From Candidatus Metaruminococcus caecorum (GTDB taxonomy: Bacteria; Bacillota; Clostridia; Oscillospirales; Ruminococcaceae), in the NCBI GenBank assembly GCA_904420045.1, contig CAJFTY010000024.1, forward strand, positions 524 to 64,523: DNA of 64,000 bases, read 5' to 3'. Each line of letters begins with the position of its first letter. The stretch's first letter is position 1. The translations under genes and the position numbers were made by a program. Below the pieces are notes generated by a model. That model searched no databases. It was not told where the DNA came from and worked only from the letters and a program-made list of their open reading frames with translations. Positions 37,413-47,245 of the stretch are shown here, piece by piece.

Positions 37413-40400
37413 ATGCTTTCAAAATTCAGCGTAAAAAAGCCGCTGACGATTGTCGTCGCGGTCATAATCGTCCTGTTGCTGGGTGTAATCTCCTTTACCA
37501 GCATGACCACCGACATGCTCCCTAAGATGGATCTGCCCTATGTGGCGGTCATCACCACATATCCCGGAGCCAGTCCCGAAAAGGTGGAGCAGTCGGTGAC
37601 AAAGCCATTGGAACAGACTCTGGCCACCGCCGGGGGAATCAAGGAGATCACCAGTGTTTCCAACGAGAATTCCAGCATGGTGATTTTGCAGTTCGAGCAG
37701 GACACCAACATGGACAGCGCCATGATCGAGCTGTCCTCCATGGTGGATCAGGTCAAGGGCCAGATGGACGACGGGGTCGGCGCTCCCACCCTGATGAAAA
37801 TCAATCCCGACATGATGCCGGTGATCGTGGCCAGCGTGGACGTGGAGGGGAAAAACAGCGTGGAAACCTCCAAGATCGTCAACGAGACCGTTCTGCCCGC
37901 CCTGGAGCGGCTGGACGGCGTGGCGTCGGTTTCCGCCATGGGACTGGTGGAGGATTCCCTGCGGATCACGCTGGATTCGAAAAAAATCGACGCGTTAAAC
38001 GATAAAATCTTAAAATCCGTGGACAGCGAGTTTGCCTCCGCCCAGGCGGAACTAGTAAAAGCGGAGAAAAAACTGGCGGCTGCCCAGAGCGAGTATGACA
38101 AGCAGAGCAAAACACAGACCGACAGCCTGGCCCAAAAGGCGGTGGAGCTGGAACAGGGGATCAAACAGGCCCAGCAGGGCCTGGATGCCCTGACCGCCCC
38201 TTTAAAAGAGGCCAAGGAGCAGAAAACGACCCTGACAAAACAGAAAGAGGAGCTCCAAAAGGCCATCGACGCCATGACGGCGGCGGGCGTCCCCGTGCCC
38301 CAGGAGCAGACGAAGGCCATGGAACAACTCACCCAGGGGCTTACCGCCTGTGAGCAGGGAATTAAGACCATGGAGGAGCAGCAGAATACGCTCACCGAAA
38401 CCCTCAAAAGCCTTCAGCAGGCCCAGACCCAGCTGGAAGCTGGAAAGCTCACCCTGAATCAGGAACTCACCAAGGCGTCGGTGGAGCTTGAAAACAGCAA
38501 AAAGGAGCTTGCCTCCAAAAAAGCCGAGATGGAAAGCGCCAAGGAATCCGCGTATGAAAAGGCGGGGCTTGGCGGGCAGATCACCATGGACACGGTGGGA
38601 AAGCTTTTGCAGGCCCAAAACTTTTCCATGCCCGCCGGAACCCTGGCGGGAGAAAAGGCGGAGTACACCGTCAAGGTGGGGGAGCAGTTTACAACTGTGG
38701 AGGAACTTAAAAACCTCTCGCTGTTCCACCTGTCCGCCGGGGACATCGGCCCGGTGAAGCTTTCGGACATCGCAACGGTGGAACAGAAAAACAACGCGGG
38801 AGACCTGTACGCAAAAATTAACGGGAACGACGGCGTGCTGTTAAGCGTCCAGAAGCAGAGCACCGCCTCCACGGCGGAGGTCTCCCACAAGGTAACCGAC
38901 GCTATGGAACAGTTGGAACAGGACAACCCCGGTATGCACCTGACCAATTTAAGCGACCAGGGGGAGTACATCGACATCGTGATCGACTCGGTGCTCAACA
39001 ACCTTTTGCTGGGCGGCCTGCTGGCGGTGTTGATCCTGCTCATTTTCCTGCGGAACCTAAAGCCCACCATCATCATCGCGTTTTCCATCCCCATCAGCCT
39101 GCTGTTTGCAGTGGCGATGATGTACTTTACCGGCGTTACGTTAAACGTCATCTCCCTGGCGGGGCTGGCGCTGGGCGTGGGTATGCTGGTGGACAACTCC
39201 ATCGTGGCCATTGAAAACATCTACCGGCTGCGATCCCAGGGAGTGCCCGCGGCTCAAGCCGCCGTCAAGGGAGCGGGGCAGATTGCCGGTGCAATCGCGG
39301 CATCCACCCTGACCACAGTCTGTGTGTTCCTGCCCATTGTGTTCACCGAGGGGATCACCCGGCAGCTGTTCACCGATATGGGCCTGACCATCGCGTATTC
39401 CCTGATCGCCAGCCTGATTGTGGCGCTGACGCTGGTACCCACGATGTCTGCGACGATTCTCAAAAAAACCTCCGAGAAGCCCCACAAGCTGTTTGACCGT
39501 TTCACGGCGTTTTACGGCAGGCTTTTGGACCGATGCCTGCATCATAAGGCGTGGGTGCTTTGCGGCGTGGTGGTTTTGCTGGGGGTCAGCGCCGTGGGCG
39601 CAGCCACCATGGGCACCGCCTTTATGCCAGAGATGGACTCCAATCAGGTGATGATTACCATGGAGGCGCCCCAGGGCTCCGACGGGGAGGAGGTGCGGGC
39701 GTTGAGCGATCAGGTGATCGAGCGTCTCACCCAGATTGAGGATGTCCAGACCATCGGCGCTATGCAGGGCGGCAGCATGATGGGCATGGGTTCGGGTAGC
39801 GGACGCACCGTGTCCATGTACGCCATCTTAAAGGAGAAACGGGAGCACACCAGCAAAGAGGTCTCCGCCCTGATCGCTCAAAAGACGGAGGATCTGGACT
39901 GCGAGCTCACCGTTCAGTCCTCCTCCATGGATATTTCCGCCATGGGGGGATCGGGAATTGAACTCCAGATCAAGGGCGACGATCTGGACAAGATCCAGTC
40001 CATTGCAAAGGATCTGGCGGCGCTTTTGAAAGAAGTTCCCGGTGTGACGGAAGTAAACAACGGCATGGAGGACACCAATCAGGAACTTCGGATCGTGGTA
40101 GACAAGGACAAAGCCACCCAAAACGGTCTGACGGTGGCCCAGGTGTATCAGGCGGTAGCCGCCTCCTTGCAGGACGAGACCGAGGCGACCACCCTGAACA
40201 CCGACTCCCAGGAATACCCGGTGATCGTGGCCCAGCCGGAAGGGGAGGCCCTGACGCCGGACAACATTGGGGAACTGTCGTTGACTGCCACGGTGGACGG
40301 ACAGAGCAAAACCGTGTCCCTGTCCGATGTGGCCAAGGTGGAAACCGCCCAGAGCTTACAGAGCATCAGCCGGGACAATCAGATGCGCACCCTGTCGGTG

Positions 40401-41078
40401 AGCGGCAGCGTGGACGCCGACCACAACATCGGTCTGGTGGGCCGTGAGGTGGAAAATAAGCTCGCATCCTATGACGTCCCGGCAGGGTATTCGGTGGAGC
40501 TCAAAGGCGAAAACGAGACCATCAACAACACGCTGTTCGATCTGATTAAGATGATCCTGTTGGCGGTGGCGCTGATCTACCTGATTATGGTGGCTCAGTT
40601 CCAGTCTCTGCTGTCCCCGTTTATCGTCATGTTCACCATCCCGCTGGCGTTTACCGGCGGCCTGCTGGCCCTTTGGATCACCGGGTCGGAGATCAGCATG
40701 ATCGCCATGCTGGGCTTTTTAATGCTGGCGGGCATCGTGGTCAACAACGGCATTGTGTTTGTGGACTATGTCAATCAACTGCGGCAGGAGGGCATGGAAA
40801 AACACGCCGCCTTGCTGGAGGCGGGCAGGACGCGTATTCGTCCCATCTTGATGACTGCGCTGACCACCATCCTGGGGCTGTCCACCCTGGCGCTGGGAAT
40901 GGGTTCGGGGGCGGAGATGCTCCAGCCCATGGCCATTGTCACCATCGGAGGACTTGCCTATGCCACCTTACTGACCCTGTTTGTGGTTCCTGCACTATAC
41001 GATCTGTTCAACCGCCGTCCCATGAAAAACCACAAATTGGAATTGGAGGAGATCCCGGATGATCACCCGGCTGTATAA
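37413..41078 (+). CDS. RND-superfamily efflux permease (AcrB/SwrC-like, 1221 aa) carrying a ~190 aa coiled-coil insertion in the first extracytoplasmic loop
   Basis: The N-terminus FSVKKPLTIVVAVIIVLLLGVISF...DLPYVAVITTYPGASPEKVEQSVTKPLE is ACR_tran-like. There are 12 TM segments in the two-fold repeat pattern, with a second large loop. I chose ATG 37413 over the track start at 37353. Confidence 0.9.
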   Translation: MLSKFSVKKPLTIVVAVIIVLLLGVISFTSMTTDMLPKMDLPYVAVITTYPGASPEKVEQSVTKPLEQTLATAGGIKEITSVSNENSSMVILQFEQDTNMDSAMIELSSMVDQVKGQMDDGVGAPTLMKINPDMMPVIVASVDVEGKNSVETSKIVNETVLPALERLDGVASVSAMGLVEDSLRITLDSKKIDALNDKILKSVDSEFASAQAELVKAEKKLAAAQSEYDKQSKTQTDSLAQKAVELEQGIKQAQQGLDALTAPLKEAKEQKTTLTKQKEELQKAIDAMTAAGVPVPQEQTKAMEQLTQGLTACEQGIKTMEEQQNTLTETLKSLQQAQTQLEAGKLTLNQELTKASVELENSKKELASKKAEMESAKESAYEKAGLGGQITMDTVGKLLQAQNFSMPAGTLAGEKAEYTVKVGEQFTTVEELKNLSLFHLSAGDIGPVKLSDIATVEQKNNAGDLYAKINGNDGVLLSVQKQSTASTAEVSHKVTDAMEQLEQDNPGMHLTNLSDQGEYIDIVIDSVLNNLLLGGLLAVLILLIFLRNLKPTIIIAFSIPISLLFAVAMMYFTGVTLNVISLAGLALGVGMLVDNSIVAIENIYRLRSQGVPAAQAAVKGAGQIAGAIAASTLTTVCVFLPIVFTEGITRQLFTDMGLTIAYSLIASLIVALTLVPTMSATILKKTSEKPHKLFDRFTAFYGRLLDRCLHHKAWVLCGVVVLLGVSAVGAATMGTAFMPEMDSNQVMITMEAPQGSDGEEVRALSDQVIERLTQIEDVQTIGAMQGGSMMGMGSGSGRTVSMYAILKEKREHTSKEVSALIAQKTEDLDCELTVQSSSMDISAMGGSGIELQIKGDDLDKIQSIAKDLAALLKEVPGVTEVNNGMEDTNQELRIVVDKDKATQNGLTVAQVYQAVAASLQDETEATTLNTDSQEYPVIVAQPEGEALTPDNIGELSLTATVDGQSKTVSLSDVAKVETAQSLQSISRDNQMRTLSVSGSVDADHNIGLVGREVENKLASYDVPAGYSVELKGENETINNTLFDLIKMILLAVALIYLIMVAQFQSLLSPFIVMFTIPLAFTGGLLALWITGSEISMIAMLGFLMLAGIVVNNGIVFVDYVNQLRQEGMEKHAALLEAGRTRIRPILMTALTTILGLSTLALGMGSGAEMLQPMAIVTIGGLAYATLLTLFVVPALYDLFNRRPMKNHKLELEEIPDDHPAV

Positions 41079-41667
41079 TGCCAAGGAACAGGCAATATTA
41101 GAGGGCGTAATCCGCTTGATTAACAGCGGCGCGGACGTAGGCTCTCTGACGGCGGAGGATATGGCAAAATCCGCCGGGATCGGCAAGGGCACGCTGTACC
41201 TGTATTTTTCCTCCAAAGAGGATATCCTGTCCCATGCCATCGGCTACTGTATTCAGAACCAGCTGAGGGAGCTGGAGGCTGCTGCGGGACGGGAGGGAAC
41301 TTTTCACTCCCGCGTTACAGCGGCGCTTTCCTGCCTGCGGGACAGTGCCGCCCGGGGAAACGCCGTGTTCCGTCTGATGATCTCCGGGCTGCTGGGAGAG
41401 GAGTTTTACCAGCGCTTTGGCGGGGAGTTTCGCAAGGAGGTTCAAAGCTGGCTGGATCAGATCCTCGATTCTTTGATCCGGGCGGGTGTTCGGGACGGAG
41501 TGTTTTCGGCTTCACAGGAGACCGACTATCTGCACCAGGTCATTTTGGGCGCGGTGCTGGGATTTTGTTACCGGCACCTGTGTCCGCCCTGCCCGGACGG
41601 GAAGGCGGTTCAAAGGGGGATGGATTACGCCCTCTACATGGTGATTGCGGCCGGGAAGGAGGAATAG
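41059..41667 (+). CDS. TetR/AcrR-family transcriptional regulator
   Basis: The HTH is TAEDMAKSAGIGKGTLYLYFSSKEDIL. It overlaps the pump gene by 20 nt. Confidence 0.9.
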   Translation: MITRLYNAKEQAILEGVIRLINSGADVGSLTAEDMAKSAGIGKGTLYLYFSSKEDILSHAIGYCIQNQLRELEAAAGREGTFHSRVTAALSCLRDSAARGNAVFRLMISGLLGEEFYQRFGGEFRKEVQSWLDQILDSLIRAGVRDGVFSASQETDYLHQVILGAVLGFCYRHLCPPCPDGKAVQRGMDYALYMVIAAGKEE

Positions 41668-41670
41668 AGC

Positions 41671-41898
41671 GTGGATTTTATGGGTGATATTCAGCCGGGG
41701 CGTTACCGGCATTTTAAAGGAAAGGAATACGAGGTGCTGTATCTGGCCCGGCACAGCGAGACGCTGGAGCCGATGGTGGTGTACCGCGCCCTGTATGGAG
41801 AGCGGAGCGTCTGGGTGCGCCCGGCTTCCATGTGGAATGAATGGGTGGAGGCAAACGGCCGGATGGTCCGGCGGTTTGCGCCAGTACAGGAAAATTAA
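41671..41898 (+). CDS. DUF1653-domain protein
   Basis: GRYRHFKGKEYEVLYLARHSETLEPMVVYRALYGERSVWVRPASMW is the DUF1653 signature. GTG start 7 nt after GGAGGA. Confidence 0.75.
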   Translation: MDFMGDIQPGRYRHFKGKEYEVLYLARHSETLEPMVVYRALYGERSVWVRPASMWNEWVEANGRMVRRFAPVQEN

Positions 41899-42167
41899 CA
41901 TTTGCGCGCCGATATTCCAAGTTTCGAAAACCGGCAAAACCGGGCTGTCGACAAAATGGCAGCTATTTTGCCGGTTCTTTTTGCTATTTTGACAAATTAT
42001 GCGGGAGTGGCTTGTTGATTTGGGCTTTTTGTGGTAAACTGATTGATAAGAATATCAATGAGAATGGGGAAGAACACCCCGGTATCCGGACCGGGCGCGT
42101 TTGGGATGTTTGTCCCCGCCGATTCAACCGTTTTTGTTGAGCAAATCATGGATAAGGAGACGATACG

Positions 42168-43673
42168 ATGGCTTACTATTTTAAAGAACCCTCCCACACG
42201 TTCAGCGAGTATCTGCTGGTTCCGGGGTATTCGTCCAAGGAGTGTATCCCCGCTAATGTCAGCCTGAAAACGCCGGTAGTCAAGTTCAAAAAGGGCGAGA
42301 CTTCTCCCATTGAGCTAAACATCCCCCTGGTGTCCGCGATCATGCAGTCGGTGTCCGGGGAAAAAATGGCGGTGGCCCTGGCAAAAGAGGGCGGCATGTC
42401 GTTTATCTACGGTTCCCAGTCGGTGGAAGACGAAGCAGCCATGGTTTCCTATGTAAAAAATTATAAAGCGGGCTTTGTGGTCAGCGACTCCAACATCCGC
42501 CCGGATCAGACCCTTCAGGATATTCTGGATCTGAAGGAAAAGACCGGACACTCCACGGTGGCTGTCACCGAGGACGGCACCGCCACCGGCAAGCTGCTGG
42601 GCATTGTCACCAGCCGGGATTACCGAATCAGCCGGATGGACACCGCCACCAAGGTGTCGGAGTTTATGACCCCCTTTGACAAGCTGATTTACGCAGATAA
42701 AAACACCACCTTGAAAGAGGCGAACAACATCATCTGGGACCACAAATTAAACTCTCTGCCCCTGGTGGATGAAAACGGCTGCCTGGCATACATGGTGTTC
42801 CGCAAAGACTATGATTCCCACAAAGAAAATCAGTTGGAGCTGCTGGACGAGTCCAAGCGGTACATGGTGGGCGCGGGCATCAACACCCGGGACTACGCCC
42901 AGCGGGTTCCCGCGTTGGTGGAAGCCGGTGCGGACGTGCTGTGCATCGACTCTTCCGAGGGTTTCAGCGAGTGGCAGAAGATGACCATCGACTACATCCG
43001 GGAAAACTATGGCGACACCGTCAAGGTAGGCGCGGGCAACGTGGTAGACCGGGAAGGCTTTTTGTTCCTGGCCAAGGCGGGCGCCGATTTTGTGAAAGTG
43101 GGTATCGGCGGCGGCTCCATCTGCATCACCCGGGAACAAAAGGGCATCGGCCGTGGACAGGCTACTGCGCTCATTGAAGTGGCCCAGGCCCGGGACGAGT
43201 ATTTTGAAGAGACCGGTATCTATGTGCCGATCTGCTCCGACGGCGGAATTGTTCACGATTATCATATGACCCTGGCGCTTGCTATGGGGGCGGACTTTTT
43301 GATGCTGGGCCGGTATTTCTCCCGGTTCGACGAAAGCCCCACCAACCGGGTGAGCATCGGCGGTACCTATATGAAAGAGTACTGGGGCGAAGGCTCCAAC
43401 CGGGCCCGAAACTGGCAGCGGTACGACCTGGGCGGCGCGGGCAAGCTGTCCTTTGAAGAGGGCGTGGATTCCTACGTCCCCTATGCGGGAAGCTTAAAAG
43501 ACAATGTCAACCAGTCGCTGAGCAAGGTGCGCTCCACCATGTGCAACTGCGGGGCTATGACGATCCCGGAATTGCAGGAAAAGGCCAAGATCACCCTGGT
43601 GTCCGCCACCTCGATTGTGGAGGGCGGCGCACACGACGTGGTGCTCAAGGACACCTCCAACAATGTAAAATAA
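42168..43673 (+). CDS. guaB: IMP dehydrogenase
   Basis: The catalytic loop is [24 protein letters not shown] pair is inserted (GFVVSD...LGIVTSRD...LPLVDENG). Length is 501 aa. Confidence 0.9.
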   Translation: MAYYFKEPSHTFSEYLLVPGYSSKECIPANVSLKTPVVKFKKGETSPIELNIPLVSAIMQSVSGEKMAVALAKEGGMSFIYGSQSVEDEAAMVSYVKNYKAGFVVSDSNIRPDQTLQDILDLKEKTGHSTVAVTEDGTATGKLLGIVTSRDYRISRMDTATKVSEFMTPFDKLIYADKNTTLKEANNIIWDHKLNSLPLVDENGCLAYMVFRKDYDSHKENQLELLDESKRYMVGAGINTRDYAQRVPALVEAGADVLCIDSSEGFSEWQKMTIDYIRENYGDTVKVGAGNVVDREGFLFLAKAGADFVKVGIGGGSICITREQKGIGRGQATALIEVAQARDEYFEETGIYVPICSDGGIVHDYHMTLALAMGADFLMLGRYFSRFDESPTNRVSIGGTYMKEYWGEGSNRARNWQRYDLGGAGKLSFEEGVDSYVPYAGSLKDNVNQSLSKVRSTMCNCGAMTIPELQEKAKITLVSATSIVEGGAHDVVLKDTSNNVK

Positions 43674-43717
43674 GCCCCTTCCCGGCAACTGGACTGCTCC
43701 AGAAAAAACACACAATG

Positions 43718-43746
43718 AAACCCCCTCCGGTAACGGAGGGGGTTTT
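43718..43746. terminator. Bidirectional stem-loop between convergent guaB and the GT2 gene
   Basis: Stem AAACCCCCTCCG / CGGAGGGGGTTT with loop GTAA, flanked by an A-run and a T-run. Confidence 0.85.
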
Positions 43747-43796
43747 ATGTACAGATTGCAATGGACAGAAGAATACATCCGAGGCTAAGATGGCGA

Positions 43797-44873
43797 CTAT
43801 TTCCCGTATTTGAGCTTCATAAACAATCCAGACGCTTTGTTGCTGAGGGTGTAAGCGGTTTTGGCGGTGAGCTTATTGAGCCACCTCCACCGGGTGCGCA
43901 AAACCAGTGCCGTGGCCCGCGGACCCAGCCCGCCGGATTTGCAGCAGCGCGCAGCCTGATGAACGGAAGGAGTTTGCAAAAGCCGGTCTACGTATTCGTT
44001 TTTCTGCGCCTTGGACAGAGGGCAGCTGGGGTGATATAGAGACACCAAGCAGGCTAAAATTCCCTTTACATAAAACTGGGAGAAGATGCTTTGATTTTCC
44101 TCCGTCAGCAGATCGTGTTCCCGAAATAATTCGGTTAGCTTATTCTGGAATACATTTAGCGACTCCAACCGGTTTTCCAGGTATTTGCTGTTGAGCCCCT
44201 GCTTGGAGCGGTTGTAGTACTGGTACAGAGGACGGCTTTCAAAGACAAAGTTCTGCACATGGGAAAAAACGTCCAGATTAAAAATCCGGTCCTCACAGCT
44301 ACGGTATTCCCGAAACCGGATGCTGTGCTCTTCCACCAGACTGTGACGGTAGACTTTGTTCCAGGTCACATACATCAGCTGACGGGCCATGAGCAGGGGA
44401 AGACGCTCTAAAAACGCCCGCTGGGTAGAGGCGGTAAACGCTTGTTCTGAAAACAGATCGGCATGCTGTTTTCCGTCCCAGACGGTGATCATGTTGTATC
44501 CACAGACCGCCAGATCGCAGCCGCTCTGACGGATGTGTTCCTTGAAAACCGCCAGTAGGTCTGGCTCCAACAGGTCGTCGGCGTCCATAATATACAGATA
44601 CTCGCCCTGCGCGCGGTCGAGTCCAAGATTCCGTGCGGAACTGGGGCCTGCGTTGACAGAACGGCCATCTTCCGTTTTTTCCAACAAAAAGACCCGGCTG
44701 TCCCGGGCGGAAAATTCCTCTATAATCTCCCGGGTGCGGTCGGTGGAGCCGTCGTTGACCACCAGCAGTTCAAAGTCTGCAAACGTCTGAGAGAGAACGC
44801 TTTTGATCGCGGCGTCAAGATAGTTTTCGGCATTGTACGCCGCGATCACGACGCTGAAAAAAGGCGATGACAC
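43797..44873 (-). CDS. Family 2 glycosyltransferase
   Basis: FSVVIAAYNAENYLDAAIKSVLSQTFADFELLVVNDGSTD plus the DxD motif (IMDADD). GTG start 4 nt after the licD stop, with RBS GGGAGGGA. Confidence 0.9.
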   Translation of the reverse strand: MSSPFFSVVIAAYNAENYLDAAIKSVLSQTFADFELLVVNDGSTDRTREIIEEFSARDSRVFLLEKTEDGRSVNAGPSSARNLGLDRAQGEYLYIMDADDLLEPDLLAVFKEHIRQSGCDLAVCGYNMITVWDGKQHADLFSEQAFTASTQRAFLERLPLLMARQLMYVTWNKVYRHSLVEEHSIRFREYRSCEDRIFNLDVFSHVQNFVFESRPLYQYYNRSKQGLNSKYLENRLESLNVFQNKLTELFREHDLLTEENQSIFSQFYVKGILACLVSLYHPSCPLSKAQKNEYVDRLLQTPSVHQAARCCKSGGLGPRATALVLRTRWRWLNKLTAKTAYTLSNKASGLFMKLKYGK

Positions 44874-44877
44874 GATG

Positions 44878-45660
44878 CTATTCTCCCTCCCAAGTTAGAT
44901 CCATGTGATGTGGCTGGCGCTGCTCCACTGGGGGAAGCTCCCAGTAATTTCCATACAAGTGACGCAGGTATAGATCCGCCTGTTCAGGAATTGGAAGGGA
45001 GCGTCCTTCAAATTCCACATACGTGGGAACTCCAAAGTATTCTTTTGGCATGATCTCCTTGCGGTAACGGGCCATCCCAAAAATGTTGGCCCACTGGCTG
45101 CACTGGTTGGGGCTCCAATGGGCGATGACCTTTTTGGAGATCTTTCGGTAAAACTTGAACAGAAATTTCGGGGTCAGCTTGATAAACGCACTGGTAATCA
45201 TCTGGGATCGCTTTCCCCTGTTTTGGGACGGCTGCTGATACACCGAGATGTGATACAGGTAAGAAAAGGTTTTTTGAATGTTTTGAAGCACGCCGGAGGA
45301 GGGAATGCCGTCCAGTGGAAAAACATCGATGCAGGGGCATTCCTGTAAGGGTAGCGCCGGGTCGGACACATCGTATAAAAAGCCGATGGGAGCTTCCGGA
45401 AAGCTGTGCTTTTCCACAGGCTCGTAATACAAGGTTCCCACTTTTTTGCCCTCGGCCAATGCCTCAAACCGCTCAAAAATATCCCGGGGCATAGCCACGT
45501 CCACATCGTCATCCCACGGAATAAACCCCTGGTGCCGAACAGCACCCAGTGTGCTTCCGCCGATCAGGTAATAGGGCAGGTTGTGTTCCCGGCAGAATAT
45601 GTCCAGTTGGTCGAGCATAGATGCCAAGGTAAGCTGCAATGTACGTAGTTTGGATTCCAA
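44878..45660 (-). CDS. licD: LicD-family phosphotransferase (phosphocholine/ribitol-phosphate transfer to cell-wall glycopolymers)
   Basis: YYLIGGSTLGAVRHQGFIPWDDDVDVAMPR is the LicD signature. The start is TTG at 45660; an alternative ATG lies 14 codons downstream. Confidence 0.85.
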   Translation of the reverse strand: MESKLRTLQLTLASMLDQLDIFCREHNLPYYLIGGSTLGAVRHQGFIPWDDDVDVAMPRDIFERFEALAEGKKVGTLYYEPVEKHSFPEAPIGFLYDVSDPALPLQECPCIDVFPLDGIPSSGVLQNIQKTFSYLYHISVYQQPSQNRGKRSQMITSAFIKLTPKFLFKFYRKISKKVIAHWSPNQCSQWANIFGMARYRKEIMPKEYFGVPTYVEFEGRSLPIPEQADLYLRHLYGNYWELPPVEQRQPHHMDLTWEGE

Positions 45661-46003
45661 CAGCGGTTCGTCCTTTCTGAATCATCCATAAGATCCATAA
45701 AAACCGTCAAATTATTTTTTTATCATACCATATTAAAACGATTATTGCAAATCTTATCTATGAATTCTGCGCATAAAAAAGAGAAAAATGGCCCAAATAC
45801 GCGATTTGCATGGATCACGGCCATAAAAAAAGAGCCCCTTTAAGGAAGACACTTCGTAAGGAAATTGTCTCCCTTTGGCTTTTGTAATCAGTCAGAATGA
45901 TTGGATTGTAGAAAAATCAATGATATTGGAACATTAATCTTTATTTAATTTCTCTACATGGTATAATTACTACAATGATTAATTGCTGTTGGAGGATTAA
46001 ATA

Positions 46004-46882
46004 GTGCTTGGATTAAAACGTGGAACGATAAAACTATGTGAACATGAAAAAGAATGGGAACTTGAAGCTCAGAATACAATTGCTCGTTTGAAGCAGATAT
46101 TAGGTAATGTTATAAAAGATATTCAGCATGTGGGGAGTACCTCTATACTTTCCATAAAGGCAAAACCAATCATTGATATTGCAGTCGCAGTTGACGATTT
46201 TGATGATATTCTCAATTTTGAACAAGAATTAAAAGACAATGGATTTTACCATCGCCCCAATACACAAGCATCACTCAGGAATCAGTTGTTGTTTGCTTGT
46301 GGTAACTTTTATGAAGGTACGGGGGATTTGCAAACTCATTTCGTCCATGTTGTCCATACAAATAGTATGGATTGGATAAATTACATAAATTTCAGAGATT
46401 ATCTTAACAACACACCTTCAGCTGCAAAAGAATACGAAGACTTAAAGGTAGCCCTTTCTCTACAAGTGCCCGTTGATAAAGGAAGAGAAAAGTATCTTGA
46501 GGGGAAACACAATTTTATTGCCTATACATTAAGAAAAGCACTTGTAAAATCCTATCTCGGAAAAACAGTAAATATAAAAATAGACAGACCCATCGGAAGC
46601 ATACACCCCAAACACCCAGAACTTGTCTATCCTATCAATTACGGGTATATACCAAATGTGTTCGGTGGTGATGGTGAAGAACTCGATGTGTATTTGCTTG
46701 GTGTAGATATTCCGGTTGAAGAATATACAGCTCATATTATCGGAATCGTTCATAGGCATAACGATGTGGAAGATAAGCTGGTCGCCGCACCTGAAGAATT
46801 CAATTTCGATGAAAATAAAATTTCAGAATCAGTTAGTTTTCAGGAACAATACTACGAAAGTGAAATTGAACTGTTCAACTAA
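46004..46882 (+). CDS. Fusion protein: N-terminal GrpB (UPF0157 nucleotidyltransferase-fold) domain plus C-terminal family-I inorganic-pyrophosphatase-like domain; AT-rich islet
   Basis: The GrpB part is HVGSTSILSIKAKPIIDIAVAV...HFVHVVHTNS. The PPase-like part is DRPIGSIHPKHPELVYPINYGYIPNVFGGDGEELDVYLLG, compared with E. coli Ppa YPANYGYI...DGDPVDVLV. GTG start with RBS GGAGGA. Confidence 0.7.
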   Translation: MLGLKRGTIKLCEHEKEWELEAQNTIARLKQILGNVIKDIQHVGSTSILSIKAKPIIDIAVAVDDFDDILNFEQELKDNGFYHRPNTQASLRNQLLFACGNFYEGTGDLQTHFVHVVHTNSMDWINYINFRDYLNNTPSAAKEYEDLKVALSLQVPVDKGREKYLEGKHNFIAYTLRKALVKSYLGKTVNIKIDRPIGSIHPKHPELVYPINYGYIPNVFGGDGEELDVYLLGVDIPVEEYTAHIIGIVHRHNDVEDKLVAAPEEFNFDENKISESVSFQEQYYESEIELFN

Positions 46883-46964
46883 TTGATAAGAAAAATTTCA
46901 AATATTAAGTCCATAATTATAGCGAGCATCGGATTTTGACACCAAAATCCATATAAAAGTTTGG

Positions 46965-46999
46965 GGCACCCTCCTTACGGAAGGTGCCTCAAGTTTTTT
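46965..46999 (+). terminator. Probable terminator of the GrpB-fusion gene
   Basis: Stem GGCACCCTCC / GGAAGGTGCC (9 of 10 paired) with loop TTAC. TTTTTT follows 5 nt downstream. Confidence 0.5.
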
Positions 47000-47245
47000 A
47001 TGTAGACCGGGCGGAGTTTGAGCCCCGCCCTTACAGGAATCGTTACTCATGCGCTGGCAAGGAGCCGTTTTTATAAAAAGGATGCGCGACCGGCTCCGAT
47101 TTTTCACTGCGTGTCTGCGATGTGCTGTGTGAAAAAGGCTGCCGCAGGCATGTTTTTTTAACGACCGTAACGCCCTGCCGTTTTTAGTATATGCCGTTTG
47201 GCCTAAAGGAACACTGGAAAATTTTAAAAATTTTAGGGAGGGCGT

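Noticed and set aside
41990-42167. A purine/guanine riboswitch upstream of guaB
   Set aside because: A plausible promoter and a roughly 130 nt leader with small hairpins exist. I could not find the conserved purine-aptamer loops or junction (for example the UAUAAU...CCGUAAAUG-type core). An Infernal scan would be needed to revisit this.
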